Source of the DNA: Octopus sinensis
Taxonomy: Eukaryota
DNA: 64,000 nucleotides
Assembly: GCF_006345805.1 (NCBI RefSeq)
Contig: NC_043022.1
Span: 19,592,001 to 19,656,000 of the forward strand
Direction: 5' to 3'
The position numbers and the translations under genes were made by a program. The notes below the pieces were generated by a model. That model did no database searches and was not told the DNA's origin. It saw nothing but the letters and a program-made list of their open reading frames with translations. Of this stretch, positions 12,790-64,000 are shown piece after piece. The stretch's first letter is position 1. Each line of letters begins with the position of its first letter.

Positions 12790-14047
12790 TATATTCATAT
12801 AAAAAAAGAAATAAATCAATGGAGATTGGGAAGTTAATAATTGTTTATTATTAACAATAAATCAATAATGATCCCTTACAGCTGTTTCAAATAATACTCA
12901 GTGAAGTAATTAAATTTTAAATTCATATGCCCTGAGCATAATATCTTCATAGGGGAAAATATACCTTTGGATGTTTTATACGTGTGTTTATGGATTCATT
13001 AAAGCAGACTCTGCCATAATGAATCTGAGTCTGCTTTGATGAATCCATAGGCACATATATAAAACAATCAAGGATATATTATCCCCCTATGAAGATATTA
13101 TGCTCAGGCATACTCTTTACTCTCTTTACTCTTTTACTAGCATTGCTTGACAACCGATGCTGGTGTGTTCATGTCCCCGTTACTTAGCGGTTCGGCAAAA
13201 GAGACCGATAGAATAAGTACTGGGCTTACAAAAGAATAAGTCCCGAGGTCGAGTTGCTCGATTAAAGGCGGTGCTCCAGCATGGCCGCAGTCAAATAACT
13301 GAAACAAGTAAAAGAGTAAAAGAGTATACATATATATTTTATCTACCTTTGCTTTATTTTTATTTTTCTCATAACCGACGAAGTTCCACGATGTGTGTGT
13401 GTGCGTGCGTGAGTGTGTGTGTGTATGTATGTATGTATACAATTAGGGGGTTATGTTAGCTTGATGAAGGGATGGTATCATCCAAGGAAATACTGGTTCG
13501 ATACCAAATGTTTTGGGGGGAATCAATTTCCTTATATATATATATATAGTTTATATTCATATAAAAAAAGAAAAAAATCAATATATATATATATACATGC
13601 ACCTATGACTGTGTACAATGTGTATATGTATATATGTGTCTATCTATACACATGCCCGCGCGCGCACACACATATATACACAGGCACGACGAGGGTTCCA
13701 GTTCATCCGAGCAACAGAAGAACCTGCTCGTGAAATTAAGGCGCAAAAGTCTGAGTACTCCACAAAAACGTGTACCCTTAACGTAATTCTCAGGGATATT
13801 TCAGCGTGACACAGGATGTGACGAGGCTGGCCTATTTGAATAACAGGTACTCATTTTTGCCGGCAGTGTGGTCTGGAGCAACGTGAAATTAAGTGTCTCG
13901 TCGGAAATGGAACACACGACCTTACAATTCACTGAGTATTACTTGAAACAGCTGTAGGGGGTGATTATTTGTTGTTAATAATAATCAATTATTAATTTCC
14001 CAATCTCCATTGTTTTTTTCTTTTTTTATATGAATATAAACTATATA
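12783..14047. repeat. Penelope-like inverted repeats with a foldback (~12926-13110) and a degenerate HHR
   Basis: 12783-12905 is inverted relative to 13930-14047. The minus strand has cccctatgaag..ctgagtattatttGAAACAGCTGTA aggga, with core G5 missing. Confidence 0.6.
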
Positions 14048-15730
14048 GTTATATATAGGCGCAGGAGTGGCTGTGTGGTAAGTAGCTTGCTAACCAACCA
14101 CATGGTTCCGGGTCAGTCCCACAGCGTGGCATCTTGGGCAACTGTCTTCTGCTATGTGTGTTCATGTCCCCGTTACTTAGCGGTTCGGCAAGAGAGACCG
14201 ATAGAATAAGTACTGGGCTTACAAAGAATAAGTCCCGGGGTCGATTTGCTCGACTAAAGGCGGTGCTCCAGCATGACCGCAGTCAAATGACTGAAACAAG
14301 TAAAAGAGTAAATGAGTAAAAGAGTATACATACATACATACATACATACATACATACATACATACACACATACATACATACATACATACATACATGTACA
14401 CACGCACATGTATGTCTTTGAACGTGTTATAAACAGATGTGTTTATATACACGACTGTAGAATATTTACCCACACATATATTTTCTCTTAGTTGTTCAAA
14501 TGTTTATTCGTCTTAATGACCTTTGAAACCTAAGATCGGTGCAGATTAATCACTGGCACGTTTTAACACACGTTTTATCCCAATCCGGATAGGTTTAAGA
14601 GAACATGCCACACTAATCGCAGAATTTGTTCCCCAGGCTTACGGTTGAACGTATGTATGTATACATAAATGTGTGAAAGCGCGTGGCTTAGTGGTTAGGG
14701 TAATCGGCTCACAATTCTATGGTCGTGTGTTCCATTTCCGGTGGCGAGTTGTGTACTTGGGCGAGACACTTAATTTCACGTTGCTCCAGGCCACACTGCT
14801 GGCAAAAATGAGTACCTGTTATTCAAATAGGCCAGCCTTGTCGCATCCTGTGTCACGCTGAAATATCCCTGAGAATTACGTTAAGGGTACACGTGTTTGT
14901 GGAGTACTCAGACTTTTGCGCCTTAATTTCACGAGCAGGTTGTTCCGTTGCTCGGATGAACTGGAACCCTCATCGTGCCAGTGTACGTGGGGTGGGAACT
15001 TCAATCTCATCTCGTAGAGATACCTTTGTTTGGGAATTTTCGACGTCGATGAAAATTCAAGCATCTGCAAGATATAGGCGCAGACGTAGCTGTGCGGTAA
15101 GAAGCATGCTTCTCAACTGCATGGTTCCGGGTTCAGTCCCACTGCGTGGTTCCTTGGGAAAGTTTCTTCTACTATAGCCTTGGGCCGACCAAAACCTTGT
15201 GAGTGGATTTTGATAGACGGAAACTGAAAGGAGCCCGTCATGCGTGTGTGTGTCTTTTTGTGTGTGTATCTTTGTGTGTGTGTGTGTCTTTGTGTATGCG
15301 TTTGTCCCCTACCATCGCTTGACAACCGGTACCGTAGCGGTTTGGCAAAAGAGACCGATAGAATAAGTACCAGGCTTAAAAATAATATGCACTGAAGTTC
15401 ATAAGTTCGACTAAAATTCTTCAAGGCGGTGCCCCAGCATGGCCGCAATCTAATGACTGAAACAAATAAAAGATAAGATAAAGGAAAAGATCTACAGTGG
15501 ATTTGGTGCATTCAAACTTGGTGGAATGTGTACCCTTAATGAAGGCCAACTAGAAATTTATAGATACGACAGAGTCTATTCTGGTGTAATGATAAGATAA
15601 GAATAATACCGTATGTATATAAAGCATGAATATAAACTAAAGTATATAAATATAAACAAACGAACAGTTATTTTTTTTTTTCTAATCATCGAAATGTGAA
15701 TTGTATGAAAGAAGCCTGTCGTATATATGT

Positions 15731-15773
<43 letters not shown>

Positions 15774-16472
15774 TTGTGTTTGTGTGTTTGTGTTTGTCCC
15801 CCTAGCATTGTTTGACAACCGATGCTGGTGTGTTTACGTCCCCGTTACTTAGCGGTTCGGCAAAAGAGACCGATAGAATAAGTACTGGGCTTACAAAGAA
15901 TAAGTCTCGGGGTCGATTTGCTCGACTAAAGGCGGTGCTCCAGCATGGCCGCAGTCAAATGACTGAAACAAGTAAAAGAGTAAAAGAGTATACATACATA
16001 CATACATACATACATACATACATACCTACATACATACATACATACATGTACACACGCACATGTATGTCTTTGAACGTGTTATAAACAGATGTGTTTATAT
16101 ATACGACTGTAGATGATAATTATATTTCGAGGGCAGAAGCACAGAACAGCAGAAATATTGTGAAAAATTACCCTCACAGTTAAAGTATTGAGAAAAGCAC
16201 CAACGAGGCCCGTTCGGCTGGATCTGAGAGCCAAAGTACAAACGATGGCTGCACTGCCCTGTACTGAAGAGAGGAAGTTGATCACAATGTGGCTAGCATT
16301 AGTATTTGTAAAAGATAAAAAGCAATAAATTGTTAGAATGTGAGCCAAACAACGATAGCAGCTACAAAGGAACCACACTTTGATATTAGCCAAAAGGCCG
16401 TGAATCTTACCATTCTTCAAAACTGAGCCAATCAGCGATCAGATAGGCAGAGCTTTTTTTTATTTTTATAAA

Positions 16473-16864
16473 TCTTTATATATAAAAGAAAGGTTGTGTG
16501 TCTGTCTACTCCGATTTAGATTCCTAACTACTCCCACATTTTGCGGTGCAGTTTAACCAAAACCGGGTATCTTATAGTCGTGATTCATATCAAGCCCTTC
16601 TGGGTATTAGCGCGCGTCTACGATGAGTCTACGATTTTAAAAATAATTTACCATCATTTTTTTTTCCATTTTAATGCATATTTTTTTAATATAAGGGAAG
16701 TAACTCTCTAAAAATGTCTACGATGAGTCAACGATTTTTAAAAAAAATTACCATAATTTTTCCATTTTTAATGCATTTTTTGCTATTTTTTTGCTATAAC
16801 TCTCTAAAAATGCTTTATAGTTATTTCCCTTACAAACCCGAGCAACGCCGGGTGATACTGCTAG
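16473..16864 (+). mobile_element. Non-autonomous Helitron-like element
   Basis: TC...cccgagcaacgccggg...CTAG, same 3' end as 12341-12698. Confidence 0.75.
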
Positions 16865-17319
16865 TATAATATAATCTTACTGTCATTCATTTTTAGAATG
16901 TGAGCAAAACTCGCTATTTCTAAAGATATTGCAAGCTTATCAACTTTCGTTATTAGGACGTGAGCTAATCAGAAATTGAACGACTAGAGCCAGCTTTTTC
17001 TAATGTCTCTCATGGATGCACTGTGTTTAAAAGCACAGAACTATATCAGAAGCACGCAAAAAATTGTCCAGCAGCGACAGTGAGAATATCTGCAGTAGAT
17101 TTCTGCTTCGTTGAGCTTTGTCACGTAGGCCGCATGCTAAGATAAAATCTGTCGCTACTGATGTAGCAAAACAGCCGCCTGGTTGAATAAAAATTCGTTA
17201 CATGCAACAGAAGTAGTATTAGATTAAAATAGCTATTTTAATCAAATAAAATCGATGAAAAGAGTTTTGTGAATTTGCTGTAAAAAACGGAAAATCGAAC
17301 GTTTCGAAGAAAGGTATAG

Positions 17320-17660
17320 GAGCACTCCGTCGGTTGCGACGATAAGGGTCCCAGCTGATACGATCAACGGAACAGCTTGCTCGTGATATTAACGTGCAAG
17401 TGGCTGAGCATTCCACAGACACGTGTACCCTTAACGTAGTTCTCGGGGAGATTCAGCGTGACACACAGGATGTGACAAGGCTGGCCCCTTAAAATACAGG
17501 TACAAGAGAAACAGGAAGAAAGAGTGAGAGAAAGTTGTGGTGAAAGAGTACAGCAGGGTTCACCACCACCCACTGCCGGAGCCTCGTGGAGCTTTAGGTG
17601 TTTTCGCTCAATAAACACTCACAATGACCGGTCTGGGAATCGAAATCGCGATCCTCCGAC
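17320..17660 (-). mobile_element. SINE family C copy (5'-truncated)
   Basis: Reverse complement of the 27559-27947 body. Confidence 0.8.
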
Positions 17661-17772
17661 CGAAGAAAGACATTATTCAGGAAAAAGTTTAAAGGAGAGA
17701 AATCAATGAGAAACAACAGAGCTTTACATCCTTCAAGTTAAGAAAATACTAGATTTTCCACTGGCCACAATA

Positions 17773-18149
17773 CACTTGCGTCAGAAATTAATTAGCACTT
17801 CTCAAATTTCTACATTAAATAGGTTAAATCAATTAACCTATGAGCTGTTCAAAACGTCTTACGCGATGAGAAAACTTAGTATGGTGTGATTTCGGTCCTT
17901 GCGAGGCGCTACCTATATCTATTAAACAAAGGAAGATTTGTCTGCATCCGCACTCCAAGTTGTTGCACTGCTATGTCCACATCATTAGGCTGTAGACTCT
18001 CAAACTGCTCTGCAAACAAAGTTACGTCATCGTTCTGCGCAACAGTGAACTCGCAACAAAGCAATAGTTCGAGATATGGCCACTAGGTGACAGCACATAC
18101 CTTGAGTGAAGAGCAAATCAAGGGTGCTAATTAATTTCTGACGGTAGTG
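17773..18149. mobile_element. Tc1/mariner-type MITE
   Basis: 26-bp TIRs cacttgcgtcagaaattaattagcac / gtgctaattaatttctgacggtagtg, TA on both sides. Confidence 0.85.
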
Positions 18150-18430
18150 TAAGTTCACTGTAATCCCTTTTATCGAATCTACAACATGATGCAAATGTTA
18201 CCGATACAGACCAACTCTAGCATCTTCGGGGTCTGTTTAATCTTTCCATTTGCAACGCCAGTTTACGCGAAAATTTTAAAAGAAAAATTACTTAATATAT
18301 ATGTAATGTTTTCAAGATAAAAGCTGGATTTAGTGACTTGATCACTGACTGGCGCACGTTCGAACACGTTATGATAGTAAGCTTGCAACCTTTTTAGAAA
18401 AGTCTGACACTAGCTCATGCCCTAATAATG

Positions 18431-18650
18431 TATTTCACTACTGCCCACAAGGGGCTAAACACAGAGGGGACAAACGGATTATGTCGATTACATCGACCCC
18501 AGGGCGTAACTGGTACTTAATTTATCGACCCCGAAAGGATGAAAGGCAAAGTCGACTTCAGCGGAATTTGAACTCAGAACGTAACAGCAGACGAAATACG
18601 GCTACGCATTTCGCCCGGCGTGCTAACGAGTCTGCCAGCTCGTCGCCTTA
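18431..18650 (-). mobile_element. SINE family A copy
   Basis: Family A sequence with TSD atgc(c/t)ctaataatg. Confidence 0.85.
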
Positions 18651-19417
18651 TGCTCTAATAATGTGTTCTATTATAGGCACGGGGTAGGGTACTAGTCGAT
18701 TTCTGGTACTTATATTATTAACCCTGAAAGGATGAAAGGCAAAGTCGACCTCGACGGAAATTTAAACACAGAAAGTGAAGACAGCCGAAATGCCGCTAAG
18801 CATTTTCCCCGTCGAGCTAACGAGTCTACCAGCTCACCGCCTTTAGCATACGTTCTAATAATGCTTTTCAGTATAGTCAAAAGGACTGAATTTTTTGGGG
18901 AGAGAACTAGTCGATTGTCTTCACTCAAATGCTTAACTGGTATTTATTTTATCGACCCTCAAATTCGATCACGGAGGAATTCCAACTCAGAACTTAAAGG
19001 CGGACGAAATGTCCGACGCTCTAACCAGTCTACCAGCTCGCTGCTTTCTCACATTCTAACAATGAAAGATGATAAGCTTGCAATGTATTTAGAAAAAGCC
19101 AGCTTTGCTCATTCGATCACTGATTGCCTCAGTTTCGAACATGGAATGATGGTAACATTCACTGCCTTTTGGCTAATATGAAAATGTAGTAAGCTTGCAA
19201 GTTTGACATTAGTAATTCTATCGTCGCTTGGCACACATTTTAACACTTTGTTTCTCGTTTCCTTTACAAATACTAATGCTACACCGAGTTGTGAGAAATT
19301 TCCTCTTTTCAGTAAAAGACCATGATTTGTAATTAAGCTCCTAGATCCAGCTCAACGGGCCGCACTAACACCAAGTATAAACATTTCTTTTCTATTATTG
19401 TTTATGCTTTATGTATA

Positions 19418-19707
19418 TCTTTTTCTCTAGTTTTAGCAAAGAGATGTGGCCATGCTGATGCACCGCCGTTTTGCTACACTGTTATTATTAAGAGCCTTCT
19501 CGAATATGTGGCACTTGGTGAAACATGGAGTTTGATATAGCTACCCTGATTTGCACCTCTTGCCGTGAGGTAGGATCATCTGGAACTCTTGACAGGAAGA
19601 GGTCCAGCTTTGATTTAAAAACCCCTACATCTACTTTGTGCAAGCTCCTCAGTCTTTTTGGGGGAATATTAAAAAGCTGTGGGCCCTTGAAACCCAGGCT
19701 GTTGCAG
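19418..19707 (-). mobile_element. CR1/L2-group LINE 3' end
   Basis: Minus strand reads CNSLGFKGPQLFNIPPKRLRSLHKVDVGVFKSKLDLFLSRVPDDP, then a 3' tail ggcggtgcatcagcatggccac. Confidence 0.72.
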
Positions 19708-19729
19708 TAACTTGCAATATATATATATA

Positions 19730-19888
19730 TATTCTTGTTTCAATCATTTGACTGCAGCCATAGTGGAGCACCGCATTTAGTCGAACAAATCGACCCCAGG
19801 ACTTTATAAGCCTAGTATAAGCCAAACCGCTAAGTTACGGGGACGTAAACACACCAACATCGGTTTTCAAGTGATGGTGGGGGTACAA

Positions 19889-19929
<41 letters not shown>

Positions 19930-20078
19930 CGATGGGCTTCTTTCAGTTTCCGTCAACCAAATCCACTCACAAGGCTTTGGTCGGCCCGAGGCCATAGTAG
20001 AAGACATTTGCCCAAGGTGCAGACTGAACCTGGAACCAAGTGGTTGGGAAGCAAGCTTCTTACCACAGAGCCACTCCT
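19730..20078 (-). mobile_element. SINE family B copy
   Basis: Reverse complement of the family B sequence, with deletions. Confidence 0.8.
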
Positions 20079-20223
20079 GATGGTATAATTCGTACTTTAT
20101 CATTTCGCCCGAATAGACTCAGTCGTATTTATAACTTTCTCCTTGAGGCTTTCATTAGGGATACTCAATCAACCAAGTTGAATGCCCCCAAATTCACTGT
20201 AGATCCGGCAGATGTTTGAATTT

Positions 20224-20257
<34 letters not shown>

Positions 20258-20402
20258 AGATTCCCAAACAAAAATATTGCACCGGGATAAGATTGTTGTT
20301 CCCACCCTCAACGTCCAGACCTAACCTTGGAGAACAGGTTGTGCGTTAGTCTGGTCTCTTTTCATCTAACGTATATGTGTGGGTGTATACATACAAATAC
20401 AC

Positions 20403-20501
<99 letters not shown>

Positions 20502-20505
20502 TATA

Positions 20506-20673
20506 GGCGCAGGAGTGACTGTGTGGTAAGTAGCTTGCTAACAAACCACATGGTTCCGGGTTCAGTCCCACTGCGTGGCATCTTGGGCAAGTGTCTTCTG
20601 CTATAGCCCCGGGCCGACCAATGCCTTGTGAGTGGATTTGGTAGACGGAAACTGAAAGAAGCCTGTCGTATAT

Positions 20674-20709
<36 letters not shown>

Positions 20710-20865
20710 ATCCCCCTAGCATTGCTTGACAACCGATGCTCGTGTGTTTACGTCCCCGTCACTTAGCGGTTCGGCAAAAGAGACCGATAGAATAAGTACT
20801 CGATTAAAGGCGGTTCTTCAGCATGGCCGCAATCAAATGACTGAAACAAGTAAAAGAGTAAAAGA
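20506..20865 (+). mobile_element. SINE family B copy
   Basis: Family B head, CORE-like segment and taaaagag tail. Confidence 0.85.
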
Positions 20866-21503
20866 TGTGGATGTGTGGATGTGTGTGTGTGTGTGTGCGT
20901 ATGTGAGCGTGCATGTATGTGTGTGTGTGTGTGTGTGTGCGAATTTACGCAGTTATGTATTCTCTGCTTTATCTTATAGGCTATATGTGAAGAACAATGG
21001 AGTATTTATATGTCATGGGTATGTCATGAAGCGTCAAGGTTGAGTTTACAGTATTGGGTTATCTAGTTTTGAGAGGGTTAAACAGCGTGCAGGGCAAGTT
21101 AACATTTCGTTGAATAAAATTAGGCTATGTAGATATAGGATATATTATACGAAGAAGAGCGATGGCGGTGATTTCGGGGGTAAATAGTATTGGCTGTAAT
21201 TGCGGTCATTATAGTTGATTTCGTAACATGCAAAAAAAAAAAAAAAGGTGTCTGGGAAACTAGAATCAACGAATGACAAACCACAATATTTTTAAAAGAG
21301 GACTCTGAAGTGGAGAAAGGACGGTAAACAGATTGAGGTGGGTAGAGGTAAGCATAAAAGAAAAAGAGAGACAGTCAGAGATAGAGAAAAATAGTGTAAG
21401 AGATACGCGGAGATTTAGAGGGGGTTAGAGAGGTGTATATGAGTGTTTACATTTGGCATGCGATTACATAAACACGTAATTCACAGACGAGAGAGGAGCA
21501 ACG

Positions 21504-60204
<38,701 letters not shown>

Positions 60205-60457
60205 CTTGAAGTACTGCACTATTAAATTGGACTTTTGTGAAATTATGTACGATATAACCATTGATTAAAAAAGTAAAGTTATACAAAACAAAAATTGTTA
60301 TTATAAAACTCGAAAATATGAAGATAATTTTTTAATAAATGCTTCCCTTTCATCTATCTAACATCTTTTTTGGTATATATTTTATTGGACATTAAAAATA
60401 AATCTCATATAGATTTTATCAGAGAGCTACAATTCTACAGTTGACATTAGAAATGTG

Positions 60458-60463
60458 AATAAA
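60458..60463 (+). terminator. Candidate polyadenylation signal of paralog B
   Basis: AATAAA conserved with paralog A. Confidence 0.5.
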
Positions 60464-60999
60464 GTTGTATTTTTATTAGTCGTTCTTAGCATTTTTGTTT
60501 CAAGTCTTTTACTATTTTCTTCTTGTCTTCCTTATATTTTCTACTTCACACATCATTTCTCATCATCTCTCTCGTGCACACACATATAAACACTCTCCCA
60601 ATCTGTCTGTCTCTCAAAAGAATAACGAAAAATATGAGATTGCCTTCTTTACAGAAATCGAAGAAATGACACAAACATTACAAAGTTTTCAAGTTTCTAA
60701 TATCTGTCTTAATTCTCAAAATGAAATGTTCACAAATGTCTCCACATGAGCAGATGCATATTATCCAACTGAAAAGTGCAGCCTTTGTATCTACTTTGGT
60801 CCAATTTCTGATTTATAGTTTATATTTGCATTAGGAAATATTTTTCTTCTGGTCTGTATAGTGATATGTTTAACATTGCATACATTGACATGCATCACAC
60901 TAGTTACAAACATCTAAGTAAAGTTTTTATCGTGAGTTGTTTTATTCGAAGTTTACCTTTGTCTACATTCGTTCTAAGTTCTTCAGTGATTGGTTTGCT

Positions 61000-61800
61000 T
61001 TGAAAAAATATTCTATTGGTTATTTAGTTATTTTAATTAATTAGTTTATCTGATAATGTACAAGTCTGATAGGACTACTTTAAAAATATTCTGATGATAC
61101 AGATTATATTTCGCTGTGAAATGTACTGTCTCAGTCTTAGGTTCCTCTTTCTATAGCATTTTGTTTAATAAGCAGGAATAGATATCTTTGTCTAAGAAGA
61201 TATCATTTGAATTCCATAAATCATTCTTCATTGCAAATTGTAGTCTCAACAACAATACATATTTTTCCTGGCTAGAGTGTACTGAATGTGTATATTCTAT
61301 GTGCTGGGTGACACAAGTTAAACGATTAGATACTGATGTATTTCTGGGTCTTTATATGTACAATGACAATTTTGTAGTACATGTTACCTTTGTAAATTTC
61401 GTGGTTTGGTGTAAATTATTCAGCACAATGCTGAAATTTTCTAAAGTGTTTACAGAATTTGTTCAAGAGTCATCTTCAAAAACCTCTAAAATGAGTACCA
61501 CAGTTTTCTAATATTTTCGGCAGCAATTTTGTTTTTAAGTATCCCATTCTTTGCATATACTGGAGCAAAACTAGTTTCCATTGTTGTACCTCCAATTTGT
61601 AGATAATGTTTACTATTGGAAAAGAATGCATTATTTTCAAGAATAAGACTGTCTATTATGAAGTCTATCAAGTATTCACTGGAAATCATCTCATTAGTCA
61701 TTGTTCCAACATTTGATTGATATTATTCCTAAAACATCTAGAATATTTTGTCTTGAGACTTACTACATCAAAACCAAAATTTACAAGTCCAGGCCAAAAC
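61000..61800 (-). mobile_element. Degenerate Penelope-like RT remnant
   Basis: LILENNAFFSNSKHYLQIGGTTMETSFAPVYA matches the PLE RT N.F..Y.Q..G.AMG...AP.YA motif. Boundaries approximate. Confidence 0.75.
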
Positions 61801-62099
61801 CAATTTTATATGAATTCGACATTACATTCAGTAACGAGGTTCCTAATTAATAAATATTCTGCTGTTCTTAAATTTATTATAAAATAATCATCATGTATTA
61901 ACAGGTATGGCTGCATGATAAGAAGCTTGTTTCCCAACCACATGTTTCTAGGTCCAGTCATATTGTGTGTCACCTTAGGCATCTTCTACTATGGCCTCAG
62001 GCCAACCAATGACTTGTGATGACAAAAGACTGAGATGCCTGATGTTTTCCTGTACTCAAATATATATATATATTAAAAATATTTTGAAAAGATAAATAC

Positions 62100-63344
62100 A
62101 TATACAGGTTGACTTACACATTATAAAACAAAGTCATAAATTGAGTTAAGAGTCTATAAGATAAAAAGTTTGGGTGTTACTAATCCAGCTAATAATCCTA
62201 TAGCTGTTTCAGGGGGTCCAGTTGTCCAGTCATAAAAAAGATATTCACATCCATTTTTGGACATTACACCCTTCATCAGGGAAAATATATCTCTAAAAAG
62301 GCTCACATATACTATGTTTTTGAGTGATTGGAGGAGATACAATGCATGATAAGATCAGGCTACTGATGGCTCTATAGGTAGAGGATAAAAGGAGGGAAGT
62401 ATTGATTTATTTTTCAGCAAATGTTTCAATTGGTGTGAAGGCTGGTTCTTAACTATCCAGAATTGTAATGTATAAATGCTGAGTAAAAACTATGTTTGCA
62501 AGAGTAGACAGTGTTGGAGATCCTATTTAATATCGAGTTGTGTAGACAGAGAATAATTAATGACTCTTTTAAGCACAACTTGCATTTGTCTATCTTTGTA
62601 TTACAAGGGGGAGCTTCTTTTATTATGGACCAAGCCAGTGTCTATTGTATATTTTGTGATTTAAGATCATGTATGTGTGTGGCTAATGACATTGAAAATT
62701 TATATTTTATCTTAATGATAAAATGTAAGTGAGCTCTATATTGGCGTTTAAAATCTATCATGCTACCTATGTAGGTCTTTGCTTGATGTTTATCTGATGT
62801 TTTTAAATGACATTTATAAACTACATTTTTATGCAGACAGAAGCCCCTAAGCAGGCATGCATTAGGTACACAACAATTACAGGTTTTCCTTTTAGTTCTA
62901 CCATTTATATTGTGTTATTGCCATTTTTGGACTATGGGGTACTGTACAAGGATCTGGATGTGTACTAATCTGAAGCTGAACTTTACATCTATTAATAGAG
63001 GTTATTATAGTTCCTAAATTTGGTGTGGTGGATTAAGACAATTTGACTGATTTCATCTCAATGTAAATCATCTGACCCCATCAGATTGTACTGTCCCTTC
63101 TTTTTGACCCCTAGAGGGTAATAAAAAAATTAGTACATGTGAGCCTTTTTAGAAATATATTTTCCTTGATGATAGATGTGGTATCCAAAAATGGATGTAA
63201 ATATCTTTTTTTAAGACTGGACAATTGGACCACCAGAAATGGCCACAGAATTAATAACTGGATAAGTAACACCAAAACTTTTTATCTTATAGACACTTAA
63301 CTATTTATATGGCTTCATTTTATAATCTGTAAGTCAACCTGTAT
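62100..63344 (-). mobile_element. Penelope-like 3' remnant: GIY-YIG trace between ~215-bp inverted pLTR arms
   Basis: Arms 62100-62315 / 63130-63344. Minus strand reads CLHKNVVYKC..YIGSMIDFKRQYRAH and has a degenerate CTGATGA..GAAACAGCT motif. Confidence 0.7.
63055..63130 (+). mobile_element. Short 3' tail of a Tx1-like LINE relative
   Basis: atgtaaatcat..cccatcagattgtactgtcc..aataaaaaaatt resembles the 3' end of the 21811-27154 LINE. Confidence 0.6.
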
Positions 63345-63731
63345 TCTCTTTACTCTTTTATTTGTTTCAGTCATTTGATTGCGGCCATGCTGGAGCACCG
63401 CCTTTAGTTGAGCAAATCGACCCCGGGACTTATTCTTTGTAAGCCCAGTACTTATTCTATTGTGACGGGGACATAAACACATCAGCATCAGTTGTCAAGC
63501 AATGCTAGGACAAACACAGACACACAAACACACACACACACACACACATATATATATTTACATATATACGACAGGCTTCTTTCAGTTTCCGTCTACCAAA
63601 TCCACTCACAAGGCATTGGTCGGCCCAGGGCTATAGCAGAAGACACTTGCCCAAGATGCCATGCAGTAGGACTGAACCCGGAACCATGTGGTTGGTTAGC
63701 AAGCTACTTACCACACAGCCACTCCTGCGCC
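63345..63731 (-). mobile_element. SINE family B copy
   Basis: Reverse complement of family B. Confidence 0.85.
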
Positions 63732-64000
63732 TATATGTATTTACCTTTTCAATATATTTTTAAAGTATGTATATCTACATATTTATATATTTTTCTATGT
63801 ATATTTTTGTATGTTTGATGTATTGAATATACTTTTGGAAAAATTCATGCAAGTTGGGTGATGGACTGAGTAAATATAAATGTAGATGTGAATTTCATTT
63901 GCTTAAATTTGATTCTTATTTCTACATTATATTTTAGAGAAGAAATATGTATACACATAAATAAGATAAGCATTTGATGTCTAAAAACGTTAAAAAAATC

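Overview
Eukaryotic, AT-rich, microsatellite- and SINE-dense DNA. The repeat families and TA/TACA tracts suggest an octopus/cephalopod, which is an inference. There is a 100-N gap at 834-933. The window holds two tandem, + strand CYP3-clan (CYP3A-like) cytochrome P450 genes: the last three exons of paralog A (2795-8035) and a complete 14-exon, 519-aa paralog B (21504-60204), assembled by hand from GT-AG exons. The standout signal is hammerhead-ribozyme (HHR) motifs in the P450 introns, on the sense strand. These are a ~491-nt x5 tandem array with canonical type I HHRs (34450-36825), a ~362-nt x3 array with a U3-A8 variant HHR (6806-7878), and a solo HHR in the equivalent intron of paralog B (59391-59496). 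The arrays look like non-LTR retrozymes or Penelope pseudo-LTR repeats that could release circular RNAs from the pre-mRNA. Intron 1 of paralog B also carries a full-length Tx1/L1-like LINE with a 16-bp TSD. It sits inside a SINE that shares its 3' tail, at the same nucleotide where two SINE dimers are joined. A probable ORF1-only relative shares its ORF1/ORF2 junction motif. Penelope, CR1, RTE, mariner, Helitron, hAT and piggyBac remnants are also present. All structures were read by eye; no alignments, folding or database searches were run.
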